From: Eledone cirrhosa
Lineage: Eukaryota
Length of the DNA: 64,000 bases
Reading direction: 5' to 3'
NCBI GenBank assembly: GCA_964016885.1
Contig: OZ024741.1
Location: 89,032,001-89,096,000, forward strand
Part shown: positions 28,091 through 42,784 of the stretch, piece by piece
Layout of the letters: every line of letters begins with the position of its first letter
Position numbering within the stretch: position 1 is the first letter of the stretch
Translations under genes and position numbers: made by a program
Notes under the pieces: generated by a model
What the model saw: only the letters and a program-made list of their open reading frames with translations
Database searches by the model: none
What the model was told of the DNA's origin: nothing

Positions 28091-28528
28091 GGAACAGGAT
28101 TGACATGATAAAAATGCGAAGACTACATAATAATTCATTTTATTACGTAATTCGCTGTAACACGCATTTGTGAGGAGTTAATAATTATGCAATACCACCA
28201 AACGTAATCACCAATACGACTTCTTCGGACAGCATCTTAGGTAATACATTTATCTAATGAATTTCTAATGCAATACAGGCTAATGATAAGAGGACGGACT
28301 TACGTTCGATGCTGCTCTTATAGAATTCCATTCATATATATACATAGAGTCAAGGAATCTGAGAGGAGAATGAATTGTGTGGTGTAAGTGGATGTATAAG
28401 TCAAATAGAATAGAAAGCAGGCCAAAACTCAAACAAACGATTTCGTTAATCAGCCACTCATTCCAGAAGCACTTTACTCGATTTTCTCAACTATATACAT
28501 ACATAATTGTGTATGTTGTTGGGCGGAA

Positions 28529-28727
28529 CGAGGGTCGGTTGAAAAGTTCATAGGTTGGCCAAGATACTCTCATGCAATGGCCAAATGAGGTTTATTTTTT
28601 TAACATAGTCCCTGGAAATAAATAATGCAGTTATTAATAAGAAGAGTTGAAATGAATGCATGCAAGATTTCACAGCTTTAGTATCATTCCTTCATAGTCA
28701 ATGTATGAACCTTTTAGCTGACCCTCG
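28529..28727. mobile_element. Mariner-type MITE
   Basis: TIR cgagggtcggttgaaaagttcata / tatgaaccttttagctgaccctcg followed by TA. Confidence 0.78.
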
Positions 28728-29289
28728 TATCATCTCTCAGATATTGTGTGGACACATCCCCGTTGAAAGGTCTCTGGTTCAAAGGATTTTTCTGTTAATA
28801 GGATAAAGTATGAATTGCACTACAGAATATATAGTAATAATTTATCTAGTAGCTACAATTCGACAGAGACCAGAAATCTTATGCAATTATGTATTCCATC
28901 CTCTTAATATTCGTTCCGGCTCTCTGCTCTCTCAGTTTAAATCCCGCCGACGTTAACTTTGTCTTTCATCCATTTGAGGTCGATAAAAAAAGTACTAGTC
29001 TAGTACTGGGGTCGGTTCTTCCTCTATATCTCTTTCTTATTTCTTTTCTCTCACTCTCTATCCTTCTTTAGGAGAAACCTGCTGTACTCAAGCCTGGAGA
29101 GGGAATGGGCTCCACTAGGTTTTAAAATGCCCTAAGAAACGCCGTATATTAATATAGTGCCCTACGACTCCTTCAGGAGTTACATGTCCATACTATACCA
29201 GTACCTCCAGAGTGAGTGAGTTTAAATTTTATTGAGTAACGGTGTTTTAGGGCATTTTAGGTGTGTTATATTTGTTGTGTAGGGTTGTG

Positions 29290-29640
29290 TTAGGAAAGGT
29301 TACCAAGCCCGAAGTCTTCAACCACACTAAGGTACCCAGTCTATTCAGTCTGCTCCAACAACGCCGTCTGCGTTGGCTGAGGTCACATCATATGCCGAAC
29401 GGGAGGATTCTGAAAGATCCACTATACGAGAAACTAGCCAACTGCAAGAGAGCACGAGGGCGACGCCATCTTCGTTTCAAAGACGTCTGCAAGAGCGACA
29501 TGAAGTTAACGGCCCTGGAGGTCGAGATATGGGAAATAGTCGTATACGACTCCTCACGCTAGAGACGAGAATTACGCAGAGGACTGGAGCTTGCCGCCGA
29601 GGAAAAGAGCAGACGAAGGAAAGACAGCACGTATAACACA
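29290..29640 (+). mobile_element. RTE/BovB-like LINE 3' fragment
   Basis: SLLQQRRLRWL..HMPNGRILKDPLYEKL...RGRRHLRFKDVCKSDMK. Confidence 0.8.
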
Positions 29641-29960
29641 GCTGTGACTCACTCCCTGTGTGAGCCTGTACAATCACTACAGACGTAGATCACAAAAACA
29701 AGAGCATGTAGGACAGAACATAGAAGAAGCACAAAATAATAACAAAAGTAGTCACTGAGAAGGTCACATAATATGTGACGAAAGAACTTTGATGACAATC
29801 AACAACTAAACAACCATCTGCTTATTAAACTAACCGACTGGGAAATTATGATAATAAATTGAAGTGAAACCCACCATGTTCGTGTGCTTTTTATTGGCAG
29901 CATGACCCTCCCAAAGTAGAACAATATATCTATCTATCTATCTATATACCTCTCTCTCTC

Positions 29961-30014
<54 letters not shown>

Positions 30015-30028
30015 TCTCTCTCTCTCTT

Positions 30029-30089
<61 letters not shown>

Positions 30090-31587
30090 TATATATATGT
30101 ATGTGTGTGTGTATATGTATACACTAGATACACCTAACCATTTGTGCTTGTGTGTGTGTTTGTGCTTGTGTGTGTCGGTAGCTATAAAAAGAGTGATAGC
30201 TAGATGGATACAAACATAACAACAATAAAACAAGAACGCTGTCATGGAACATTTGTCGGCGGATTTACAACGGCACGACTCACGTCTGTTGTGGGACGGG
30301 AGGCTTTTTTTTTTCACCTGAATAGGAGGACAATTGCGTCCCCTCTCTCTGTGAGATAAAGGGTTTGGTGGATGGAGGTGTTGGTCGGGGCGATGGAGTT
30401 AAGGGTTGAACGATTTGCAAAAAGTAAAACAAAATAAATATTTTTTAAAAAAGGGGCCCCACCGGCTCCCTCATCATCCCATAACAAATATATAGATAAA
30501 TAAATGAGATGAAATGAAATATAAGAAAGGTGACAGAGCGAAATAGAAAAAAAGAAAAAATATATTCCAGCTAAATTGGAATGAACCTCCATCGGTTTCG
30601 ACGGTGCGTGTTTCAGTTGTGCGATCAGCGGAACAACCAGCCTGTTTGTAAAAATAACATGTGAATGGCTTAACGTTCCACAGATACGTATGTCCTTAAC
30701 GTAATTCTCGGGGAGATTCAGCGTGACACAGTGTGACAAAAATAACCGTTTGAATTACAGGTACATTCCATCCGCCGGGCTTCCAAACTGTTTCTTACCC
30801 AGTTTCACTCACAGGGCATAAGGTCGATCCGAGGCTATCGTAAATGATTGCGAAGCGAATTTCCTAATTACATGGGTCTGCTGTGACCAGGTTCGAGCTA
30901 CAAGGTTAAACGATTCCTGTGTGTGAGTGTATATATATATATATATATAATTGTTTCTACTTTTGGCACACGGTACATTACTGGTACTTTATTTTATCGA
31001 CCCCGTAAGGATGAAAGGCAAAGTTGACCTCGGCGGGATTTGAACTCAGAATGGAAAGGGCCGTAATTCTATGCATCAAAGCATGACGTCCGACCCTCTA
31101 CCGATACTGCCAATCCACCGATAATACACTCTGTATAGCTACACCTCAACACTGAAGTGAACCTAAACATCGAGTGCTCACCCGGGTGAACCTAAAGTAA
31201 CTCCAAGTTACACTCCCTGAATATATATATATAGTAATAATAAAAATAAATGTGAAGACTAAAATCCAAAGAGGGCTTGATAAGGATAAATATATATCAA
31301 ATATATAAGAACCATAGAGCAAATATTTATTAAAATAACAGATTAAAGTTTAAGCAAAGAATCGCTGCTTTCACCCATAACGGGATCTTCTGAACCACTC
31401 GGTCGGTTTTCGGGGGATATGGAGTTCGGTTTTCTGTAATGGCTGCTTTCCATTTTAATCCGCCTCTTGCAGCATTTTACCCGACTTTCTAAGCTATTAT
31501 CTATAGCGATCGACTGCTGTTACAGCTATTTTCTTCGTTTGGGATTCTTACATTATCAAAAATTTCAAATCGCCCAGCGCCTCGATA

Positions 31588-31619
<32 letters not shown>

Positions 31620-33029
31620 TATGTGTGTGTGTGTGTTTCTGTGTGTGTATATATATATGTGTGTGTATATATATGTGTGCGTATATATATGTGTATGTGT
31701 ATGTATGTGTGCGTATATATATGTGTATGTGTATGTATGTGTGTGTGTGTGTATACACATAGATGCATACGCACGTACATACATTCGTACATACACACAC
31801 GTCTATTATTGTGTACATACAAAACGGGTGTATATGTGCATGTGATTATTACCTATAGGTAAGCAATCAAAAGGAGGAGTTTCTCTTTCGTATGTTCAAA
31901 TGTTCAGCTGGTCTAACGTCCCCTCCACCCTTTATATAGACGTAGACAAACACAAACGTAATAGTTGAAGTATAGGTTTGCCACGTGATCCTACGTGCTG
32001 CCCCCTCCTCTTTTTTTTGTACTCTTGTATTATTGTGTGTTCATAATTTAAAGAATGGTCGTTAGTCCTTAGGGGTGCAGAGTCTTCTACCTGCTATTCA
32101 GTTCCTCGCTTCATTTACATCGCCTATAACTAACCTTGTTTTTGCACTTTTATAACAAAAACGAATTATACCCCACCCACCCTTTCCCTAGTCAGAAGTT
32201 CCATCCAATACCTAAAATCTTGTAATACCTTGTCTTCGGTTGTTCTGAGAAGAACTTGCATTCACTCAAAAGTCATCTGCAGAGATGATCTTTTTTCAAC
32301 ACCCAACAGTTGCTTAGTGATTATTTTAATGTGCAGATAGGGCAGTGGATTAACAGAGTCGTTAGAGCCCCGGACAAATAAATGCGTAGTAGCATTTGTT
32401 GAAGCTCTTTACGGTCTAAGTTCAGATCCTTCCGAGGTCATCTTTGTCCTTTCGGGATCGATAAAATAAAGCAGAAGTTAAGTACTGGGGTTCGACAATT
32501 TAATCGATGCCCCCTCGAAAAAAAAAGAAAAAAAAAGATTAGCCAGCGTTCAGTTAATTCTTGCTTGAGTATTTCTAAATTTAATTTTTTATAGTTCTAA
32601 ATCTAATTTTAGAATTGTTTCGTAAGTTAGCAGTAGTATTAACACAGCATGTTTCAAAATAAAAGCATATATGAAAGCAGGTTTTTTCGAGAGGACGAGT
32701 ACTGATTTTAATTCCTGTCGTGGCAGCAAACCTATCCATGTCGAAGATCACCTTCTGACGAATTAAGTAGTACCATGTCGAATGCAAATATCATCCAACT
32801 GATCCTACACCCGCCGGTTTTGATACCTCTTCCATTCCAACTGCGCATGTAAATGGTATTCATGAAATAGGCCTCGAATCACAAATTGCTCCTCTACTTA
32901 CCCTGTTGGGCACTGCATATACACTTAGTAAAGTACTATATGTCTAAAGTTCTTGTTGAAACACGACAGGAAGTAGAAGATACCGTTGTTACCATATTTA
33001 CTGCGCAAACCAATAATAATGGGTTTTTT

Positions 33030-33810
33030 TATATAGGCATAAGGCCAGCAATTTTGGGGGAGGGGAAAGTCGATTAAATCGACCTCCAGTGCATGACTGG
33101 TACTTTATTTTATCGACCCCGTAAGGATGAAAGACAAAGTTAACCTCGGCGGGATTTGACCTCAGATCATAAATGGCCGTAACTCTATGTGGCAAAGTAT
33201 GGTGTCCGACCCTCTACCGATACTGCCAATCCACCTCCCTACGAAAAAATGGTTTCTGATTTAGGCACAAAACCAACAATTTATTTTGGGGGGAGGGGGA
33301 GACGACTAAATCGATCCCAGTACGTGACTAGTACTTTATTTTATCGACCCCGTAAGGATGAAAGGCAAAGTTAACCTCGGCGGGATTTGAACCCATCGCT
33401 CTAATAATGATTTCTAATCTTTGTTGGTACAAGACCAGTCATTTTGGGGAGAAGAGAAAGTCGATTATATCGACTCCAGTACTTCACAGGTATTTCATTT
33501 TATCGGCCTCAGGAGGATAAAAGGCAAAGTTGACTTCGGCGGGGCTTGAACTCTGAACGTATCTGTACCAATGTTCTAATGATTTAGATATTGATTTCTA
33601 ATTTAGGAACACGGCCAGTAAATTTAGGGAGAGGGTATTGTTGATTAAATCTAGTTCTGTACTTAACTGGTACTTTATTTTATCGACTCCGGAAGGATGA
33701 AAGGCAAAGCTAACTTCGGCGGGATTTGAACTCAGAATCTTAAATGTCAGAGCAAATACCGCAATTGCATTTTATCCGACGCTCTACCAATTTTGCCAAT
33801 ACACCACCCT
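33030..33810 (-). mobile_element. Four head-to-tail copies of SINE family 1
   Basis: The unit tactttattttatcgaccccgtaaggatgaaaggcaaagttaacctcggcgggatttgaac recurs four times. Confidence 0.85.
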
Positions 33811-35339
33811 CAATGCTATAAAATTTGTAGTATAAATATTAATAAATCAAGACTTGCTCGGAGTTCAACAACAACTGGTTTGGTATTTAAACTGTGTGAT
33901 GAACAGTCAACCGATCTATAGGGGAAGTAATGTGGAACAGAAATATCGTTGAGGATTTTTACAGTCTGTGGAAGTGTTGACTGTAACAAATGACTGTAAC
34001 AACTATTGACGCTACATCAACTGAGTCAACTATGAACATTAGTCACAACTATCTATACGAGTGAAATGATGGACGAAATTAAAGTATTTCTTCTTTTGAA
34101 ATATTCATAGATACCTTTTAACTGTGCTATTTTTATCTCTACAAGATCAGTTATTTATCATATTTATCAGAGTCTATTTTAAGAACATTTTAGAATTGCA
34201 CAAATATTTGGAGCAGGTGACAGGACCCAGTATTTGACCAAGTGTTTTGATATTTTCTGGGTCTGAGAAGTATTTGTAATGGCTATTTGTAACATTTCAT
34301 AAGTGTTTTAAGATTTTTTAACAATCATTTGCCATATACGAGCATGTATTTGACAGAAAATGTAAATCTACAGCAGAAAGCTAAATGCACAAAATCAGAT
34401 ATAGTACTATACTGGCGGGGCTCAACTAACTGCACATCAAAATAATCACTAAACTCTACATATAGATTCCCATTACAGCAAGATTCGAAGTTTACGACTA
34501 AAAATAAACCCACGCATCGATTCATGAATGAATTTAACTGGATACAGATAGTGGAGGCACGTGGTCTATTGGTAAGGGGTGTTGGACTTACAATCATAAT
34601 GTTGTGGGTTCGATTCCTGGGTTGCGTGTTGTGTTCTTGAGCAAAACACTTCATTTTGCGTTGCTCCAGTATACTCAGCTGAAAATGAGTACCAGCTATA
34701 GTTGGGATTTAACCCTGCGATGGACTGGCGTCCTGTCCAGGGGGGGGGGGGTGTCTTGTACTCTCAGTCGCTGCATGCCATGAAACCGGGTTAAGCACCG
34801 GCCAAATGAGCCCTCTGGCTTAAGACAGACTTTAGACTTTGTAGAGACACAGATATGGCAACTAATCTTCCTCAAATCATATCTTCACTCTCTTAAAAAA
34901 AAAATGATTATTAGATAATATAGTCCTAGATACATATGTATGTACCTGTAACATCTGATGGTGCCGGAGGGGCGCCGTAGTTTTACACAGCGTGTCTTGG
35001 GCATTTCTCCTGGTTTGAACACAGCTGAATTCTTCCAGAGAAAAAAAGAGTAATAGAAAAGAAGTGAGAAAGGAATCTAGAGGAAGAATCAACCCCAGTA
35101 CTGGACTAGTACTTTTTGTTAACGATCTTGAAAGGATGAAAAGCAAAGTTGACCACGACAGGATTTGAACTCAGAGTACGTAAAGAGCTGGAAAGAATAC
35201 CACAAAGCATTCTATCCGACGTTCTAACAACTCCTAGATATAATAGGTTTGACAGTAAACAGTGAGGGCCGTAATTTGTAACAGGTCGATCGACCGGGAA
35301 GCGGCTCCTTCTTTGCCTTGATAAAATTCTACAGTTTGT

Positions 35340-35660
35340 GAAAGCGCATGATTTAGTGGTTAGTGTATCCGGCTCACGATCGTAAGGTCGCGAGTTCGAT
35401 TCCTGGCAGTTCGTTGTGTCCTTCAGCAAGACAATTTATTTCAAGTTGTTCCAAACCACTGCGCTGGCAAAAATGAGTTTTACATGAATTTCAAAGAACC
35501 ATTCTTGCCACACATTGTGTCACACCGAATTTACCTGAGAACTAAGTTAAGGGAGCGCGTGTCTGTGGAATGATTAGCTACTTGCACGTTAATTTTATGT
35601 GCAGTCTGTTTCGTTGACCAAACAACTGGAACACTCGTTGTCGGAACCGACCAAGTTCTA
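35340..35660 (+). mobile_element. tRNA-derived SINE family 2, ~320 bp (related copies at e.g. 6090-6420, 30580-30880, 34550-34830, 37110-37600, 38830-39030, 41290-41830, 48790-48915, 49500-49850)
   Basis: tagtggttag...gagttcgattcc head, gtgtccttgagcaag..ttgctccagtccactcagctg core, and tail ctgagaactacgttaagg...cacgttaatttcacgagcaggctgttccgttgatc. Confidence 0.8.
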
Positions 35661-35739
35661 ACATACAATTATATTTGAGTAAATTCTGAATAAAGTTAAT
35701 GTCAAAGGATACTAAGCACGAATTTGAGAGTAAATGAAA

Positions 35740-35885
35740 ATGAAGAAACAAAGTAAACGAAATAGTACAATGAAGAAATATATTATTAGTTTTACTTTTA
35801 ATATAGTTGGAAAAGAGTATTAACGTTTCAGACGTTAGTCCTTCATCAGAAAATAGAATGAGAAATTAAAGAAAAAATAGAAAGA
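35740..35885 (-). mobile_element. Family A hammerhead-containing repeat
   Basis: Minus strand: tatttt CTGATGA a ggac-taac-gtct GAAACGTTA, with the shared flank agtacaatgaagaaatatatt. Confidence 0.7.
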
Positions 35886-36498
35886 TTGAGGAGACGGGCA
35901 GGGTGGAAACGGAACAGATTGAGGAGACGGACAGCGGCAGAAACGAAAAAAAAAATTATTCACTTTATCATCTCTAGGAAAACTGTTGATGCTGGCTTTT
36001 TGTGTAAGATAATCTGAAAGAAAGAAAAAACGTTTTGTATATCGAGTTGTACGTGTGCGCGTACGTGTGTGTGTGTGTGTGTATTCTTTTTTTTTGTCGT
36101 TGATCTGTAAGAGTGTGTGTTTGTGATCATATATATCAGGGGCGAAGGGTCCGTGCATGCGTTATAGAATCTTGAGTTGATCAATTGCGTCGGTTGAAGC
36201 AAGCAGAATTTTGGCTGCTTACTAAAACGTATAGACACAAAAAAGATAACGCACACACATACACACATACACACAAACACACGACAGCTTTGGGGCAAGC
36301 AGAATTTTGATTGCTTACTAAATCGTAGACACATAAAAAGAGAACACACATACACGCACTAGATAATACTACATGCGGCTTTGACCGGGAGGGTCATTTA
36401 GAGGGAATGCGGGGGGGGGGGGGGGGAAGGCTGCACAGCCCCATTTTCCGCCATGGCGATTGGACTGCATGCCCTGCTTTCCAGGTCACCCTTCACCA

Positions 36499-36550
<52 letters not shown>

Positions 36551-36556
<6 letters not shown>

Positions 36557-36743
36557 GAGGGAAATGTGGTAAGGAACCAGATGGACCATAACGCACCAAA
36601 GTACTCAATACTTAGGGTAGTAGAGTGTGTAATAGGAACAAGTATGACCCCGACGGCAGAGCTAAGCCGTTTCGACGGCTAATTCTGGACACAGAATTAG
36701 CCGTCAAAACGGCTTGAGCTCTGCCGTCGGGGTCATACTTGTT

Positions 36744-36748
<5 letters not shown>
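36551..36748 (-). mobile_element. Family B element, second subfamily (palindrome 36632-36748)
   Basis: Shares the tail (atggaccataacgcacc...cttagggtagtagag) and the GAAACGGC...GCCGTC GGGGTC motif with 45385-45572. TA-flanked. Confidence 0.8.
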
Positions 36749-36777
<29 letters not shown>

Positions 36778-37194
36778 AAGACAGGGAGAAAGAGACGATT
36801 ATTAGGAAGAAAAATATATTTTTTTCCTTTTTTATTTCTTTCTCTCTTTTTTGGGGGGTTAAAACGAAATATTTTACTTTGTGTGAAATGTTAAGGTATT
36901 AGTTGATTTATTTATTAATTAACAATGGCATTTGTTATATATATATATAATTATTTACTAAAGTAATTCTAGTGTGTCTGAGCATGGTTCCAGCACTGAT
37001 TTCGGGGATCTATCACTTACATTCTCTCTAAATTTGTCACTGAAATATATTTATATTTCTTTGTAATTTCTTATAGCGTCATACTTTATTTGTTTAATAT
37101 TTCTGTTGTGAAGGCATGTAGTTTTGTGGTTAGGGTGTTCAGCTCACGATCGTAAGATCGTAACTGCGATTCCGGCGGCTTGTTTCATCCTTAA

Positions 37195-37359
37195 CCCTTT
37201 AGCATTTACATTACTCTCTATATATTATTATATTTTCACGGTAAAGGCTTTCCCTCACATAATACCGAAACGTCTGTTTGAACAGTGGGTTACAGCCAGT
37301 TTGAACAGAAAGAGGTGAGAGAATTCTGGCCGGATACGGTCGGTTTAAATGCTAAAGGG
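37195..37359. mobile_element. piggyBac-like MITE inserted in a SINE
   Basis: TTAA + ccctttagcattta ... taaatgctaaaggg. The flanks rejoin into the long SINE family. Confidence 0.72.
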
Positions 37360-39039
37360 GTTCAGCAAGATACTGTATTTTACGTTGCTTCAGTTCACTC
37401 ATATAGCAAATTATGAATTGTAATTGTAAATCAAAGGGTTAGCCTTGTCACACGGTGTATCACACTGAATTTTCCTGAGAACTACTTTAAGGGCGCATGG
37501 TGTCGGTACAGTGTTCAGTCACTTTCACGTTAATTTCCCGAGCAGGCTATTCCGTTGTTAAACAACTGGAACGCTCGTTGTCGAAGCCAACGGTAGTCCT
37601 AATCGTTTATTTCTATTAATGCAGAGAATTTGAAGAGTCGTTAGGGTATCAGTTTAAATGTCTCGGTACTTGTTCCGGCTCATTGCGCTCCGAGTTCATA
37701 TTCCACCGAGGTCAACTTTGCCTTTTATCCTTTCGAGATGGATAAATAAAATACCAACATCTCGTTCTCCTGCTCTCTTTCATTCTCTGATAGCAATCAG
37801 CCGTGTTCAGACCTGGAGAAGTATTGACTCCGCCAGGTTCAAAATATCCAAGACATACTGTGTCTCAGAATAGCGCCCTTACTTACGTCAACATCAGGAG
37901 TTAAGGACCTTTCATTTTTTCTTCCCTTTCCGTTAAATTTCCTCCGTAAAGTGATACATGACATGGTCATTATTTGACACGAAAGACGCGATGGATTGGC
38001 AATATTGATACAGCGTCGGACAACATGCTTCGCGACATAGAGTTACAACCCTTTACGTTCTGAGATCAAATCCCGCCGAGGTTAGCTTTGCCTTTCATCC
38101 TTAGGGGGTCTATTTAATTGACTTCCCCTCCCCTAAAATTGTTGGCTTTGTGCTTAAATCAGAAACCATTATTTGACACGAAAATATATCATTAAGCAAT
38201 TAGTTTAAGCTATATATAATTAGATTCATAAGGGAAGCGAAATTCACATTTCTATATAATACATATAAGGTAATATTTTTTATACATGCAGTGTCACATT
38301 TTAAAGTGCTATTTCACTTTGTTTTCGGGTAACTGTTTGTGTAAGCGTTTTCAATATCGTTTGTGTAGTCTTTACATACATGTAACTCAAATCAAAAGAT
38401 AACAGATCCAAACATGCAATCACATCACACACACACGTACACATACATACGGTTGATTCCTTTTATTCACTGATATCAACAAACGAGGGAAGGTTGATAC
38501 ACTTTATCTTCTACAAAATGCAGATACATTAGATTATATGTATTTCGGTGCTCTGTGCGATAGGAAGAGATAAAATATTTGTTTGATCATTATGACCTGC
38601 GACTAGGCAACGGCTACAAGAGCAACAAAATGCAAAATACACACAAAATAATTAGTTTACAAAAGTCACTGACTAACACGCAATCTTGAAGATTGCGTGT
38701 TAGCGCGAATATACATGCAGATACACTCACACACGTACATACATGCTTCTATACATACATACATAAACACACGCACACACTCTTTCTCTCTCACACGCAC
38801 ACACTCGAGCGCGCACTCACACACATGAACATATTTCATGTTGCTCCAGTCCACTCAGCTGGCAGAAATGAGTTGTAGGTGTAAGTCAAGGGGGCCAGCT
38901 TTAACACACATTTTGTCACGCTGAATCTTCCTGAGAACTACAATAAGGGTGCATGTATCTGTGAAATGCTCAGCAATGTTAATTTCACGAGCTGGCTGTG
39001 ATTTAATCAACTGGAGTACTTGTCGACGGAATGTCTTTT

Positions 39040-39215
39040 TTCCTCCTTTTCTCACTTTCGTCTATCTTTCTATTTCTTCTTTCATTTCAAATTCTACCTT
39101 TTGATGAAGCACAAACGTCTGAAACGTTAAGACCCTTTTCCTACTATATCAAGTGTTAAACTGATATATATCTTTTTTGTACTTATCGTTTTACTGTGTT
39201 GTTTATCTACTTTTC
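39040..39215 (+). mobile_element. Family A repeat with a decayed hammerhead
   Basis: tTGATGA agcac-aaac-gtct GAAACGTTA agacccttttcctactatatcaag. Confidence 0.62.
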
Positions 39216-40430
39216 ACGTGCACTTCTCTCGCTCTTTCCCGTGCCCCCCCCTCTCTAAATATATATATACACACACATACATACGTAAAAATCCTTCATA
39301 AATAAAATATTAAATTGTATGAAAACAGAAGTTCTCTACCATCCCACAGTGTATAAATTAAGTTTGTGTTTGTAAAAACTTCCTTAAATCATCTAAAATG
39401 ACATTATTTACTTCATAACCAATTTTTAAAAAGATATATACACGCACACGAGAAAATTCAAATGAAAATAAAAATGTAAATTTGAAAACTTCACGAGCCA
39501 TATTGTATTTTAGATTTATCTTTATCTTTCTTATTCTGCAAGTCACAAGATAGTAGATTCAGTTTGGTTTGATTTCACCTGCACTTCTGTGTTGAACGGG
39601 TTAGTAGTTATCAATTTAGCAGAAAAGCAGCTACTGTATGTAATACGACCCTTTCACAAGCTCTGACAATGGTCCCCTAAAATATACAGGGATGTCGCCA
39701 ATGAAGACGACATTTCAGCTCTTTCAATTTGTATCTCAAGGAATATTGACGTACTGTGGTTAGTTAGTTCGTATAGAAGCAACTGTATTCCTTCAGCTCT
39801 AGCTATATACCCTGTCTTTCTTTCCAGCCCAAGTGTATTTGGCAATTTGAATGAAACCATTGGGGCGAGCGGACGCGAGGGATCGCTTTGAAACGCTTTC
39901 AGAAAGCCGGTACTCAGTACCTAGCGTAATTGACTGTACATTGTAAAACTTATTCATAGAGATAGAGTAATTGAGATAGTCAGAGTGAAAGAAACAGACA
40001 AACTGGGCAGACGACACACAGTCTGACAGGTGGACAGATAAAACTCCCTTTTTTGTTTTTGTTATTTGTTTTAATATTTATTTGGTGGAGGAGGGGAACA
40101 AACAATTCAAGCCTGCAAACAGACGACAGTCAGATGAATTGAAGAGGGAGGTAAAGATGAAGGGAGAGGGGAGGGAGGGAGGTCTAGATTGAGGTAGGCA
40201 GAGAGAGGGCAGATAGAGATGAGGGCGTATGGAATAGATGAAGAAAGCAATATAGATGGGTGAGAGAATAAAATAGAGGAAAAGAAAGGAAATCGAATAT
40301 GCATACATATATGTATGTATTTATGTATGTATGTATTTATTTATGTGTGTATGTATGAATATGTGTGTATGTATGTTTGTATGAATATATATATGTATAT
40401 ACTTGTGTGTATGTATTTATGTATGTATGA

Positions 40431-40463
<33 letters not shown>

Positions 40464-40699
40464 TGTATGTATGTATGTATGAGTGTGTGCGTGTGTATGT
40501 ATCTATGTTTACCTATGTATGCATGTCTGTGTGTGTGTGTGTGTATGTACGTACTTACGTATGTATGTATACATACATGTATGCATATATGTATATATGC
40601 AGATATATGTATTTATGTATATGTGCATAGATTCATATGTGTACGCGCGCGTATATACACGTAGTGAGCAAAAAATAGCCTACACTAACAATTAGATCA

Positions 40700-40784
40700 T
40701 CAACAAAAACAACAGCAGCAGCAACTACTACTACTACTACTACTACTACTACCAACAGCAACCACCACCATCACCACCACCACC

Positions 40785-40837
<53 letters not shown>

Positions 40838-40866
40838 CTACTACTACTACCACCACCACCACCACC

Positions 40867-40898
<32 letters not shown>

Positions 40899-40906
40899 CA
40901 ACAACA

Positions 40907-40955
<49 letters not shown>

Positions 40956-41019
40956 GCAACAGCCACCATCGCCACCACCACCACCACCACCACTGCCACC
41001 ACCAACAACAACAACATCA

Positions 41020-41064
<45 letters not shown>

Positions 41065-41095
41065 GCTACTACTACTACTGCTACTGCTGCTGCTG
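40700..41095. repeat. Compound trinucleotide microsatellite (CTA/CCA/CAA)
   Basis: Seen directly. Confidence 0.95.
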
Positions 41096-42002
41096 GAGAA
41101 TACCTAATGTCATGAGTATTGGCTTTACGGGGAGACAAGATGAGGAGCGTTAGAAAGAGGTGAGAATGACAATTGCGAGGGACAAGACGGAGCACAGAAG
41201 TTAAACACTCTACTTTGGCAATGTGGTGAGAGTCATATAAACAGAGGTAGCTTTCCAGAGCAATTGTATCAGCTTATATGATACGTCTGGGGACGAATGA
41301 TTAAGGACTTCGCTTTGCGATCATTAGGACTCGGGCTTAATCTCACTGCGTGGCATCTTGAGCAACCATCGGGGGATTAACAGTAACGTAGAGCATCGGA
41401 CACCATGCTTCGCGACATAGAGTTACGACCCTTTACGTTCTGAGTTCAAATCCCGCCAAGGTTGACTTTGCCTTTCATCCTTACGAGGTCGATAAATAAA
41501 GCACCAGTAATGCACTGGGGTCGATTTAATCGACTTTTCAATCCCCTTCAAATTGCTGGCCTTGTGCCTAAAGTAGAAACAATTATTTACCACAACCTCT
41601 GATCGGCCCCTGCTTTGTTAGTGAAATTGGAAAAACGGAAACTGTTAGGAAGCCCGTCTCGTGGATTGCACCTGTAATTTAAAGGGCCTTGTCGTACACA
41701 CTATCACTCTGTATCTTCCAGAACATTTCGTTAAGAGTGCACGCATCTGTGAAATGCTTAGCCACGTACACGTTAAGTTGACAAGGAAGTTGTTCCATTG
41801 ATTGTTCAACTGGAACAATCATTGTTGAAATCGGCAGAGGTCCATTCTTTCAGACAGGAGGTGGAAGTTAAATGTGGCTTTATTGTTTATCATTAAGGGT
41901 AGATCCGATGAATTGACGCCCATCGTGGTCAATTTCATTTTATATACACACACACAATCTCATCGAGTATAATTCATATCTTTTCAAAATCAATCTCACT
42001 TT

Positions 42003-42098
<96 letters not shown>

Positions 42099-42393
42099 TT
42101 CAAGAGTAACCAATCTTAAAGAGAGAGATGGCGATAGGAGAGGAGAGATTGGTGAATTAGTTAGAAGCCAAAGCGTAAAGGCATGTGCTCAATGTGCAAT
42201 AAGCAGTGGAAAGCAGCTAGGTGGCTGGGTTCATTCCTTACATCAAACTAAAATATGTTGACAATCTTTTAATAATGTCTTCCTTGTGAAATTTGTGGTC
42301 TTGTTTTGCTTAACTAATGAATATATATATATACCATGTTATTCTTCACGCTTTCACTACTATATATATATAACTTAATATATGCTTAACTAA

Positions 42394-42482
<89 letters not shown>

Positions 42483-42485
<3 letters not shown>

Positions 42486-42784
42486 GTAGTGAAAGAGTGA
42501 AGAATAACATGGTCGGTTGTACAAAAAGGGTTTTATTAGCGGCCTTTAGATTCACCTGATCAATGAAACAATTGTTAATACTGTAAATAAAACCCTTTTT
42601 GTACAGCCGACCATGTTATTCTTCACTCTTTCACTATTATTACTCCAAGAATAACCTGCATGAGGATTCTCGCAAACGCGCTAGAGTCTTGTTGAGTCAA
42701 ACAACGTCGTACGTTAAAACTATCCATAGTACAGAGTACTGACAACCTCTGACTAGATTACCTGAAACTATAACTTGTTATCCC
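42483..42784. mobile_element. TA-flanked element with an inverted repeat (42483-42537 / 42586-42640)
   Basis: 55-bp arms with 2-3 mismatches. A third partial arm copy lies at 42333-42362. Confidence 0.7.

Noticed and set aside
31274-31400. Two hammerhead-like strings (ttgataa ggata..tatc aaa tata on +; cagaaga tccc..gggt gaaa on -)
   Set aside because: Core nucleotides are mutated and there is no convincing stem I. They may be decayed relics but are not supportable.
33030-33810. Regularly spaced repeats resembling a CRISPR array
   Set aside because: The units are 150-210 bp diverged SINE copies, with no constant repeat-spacer structure and no cas genes.
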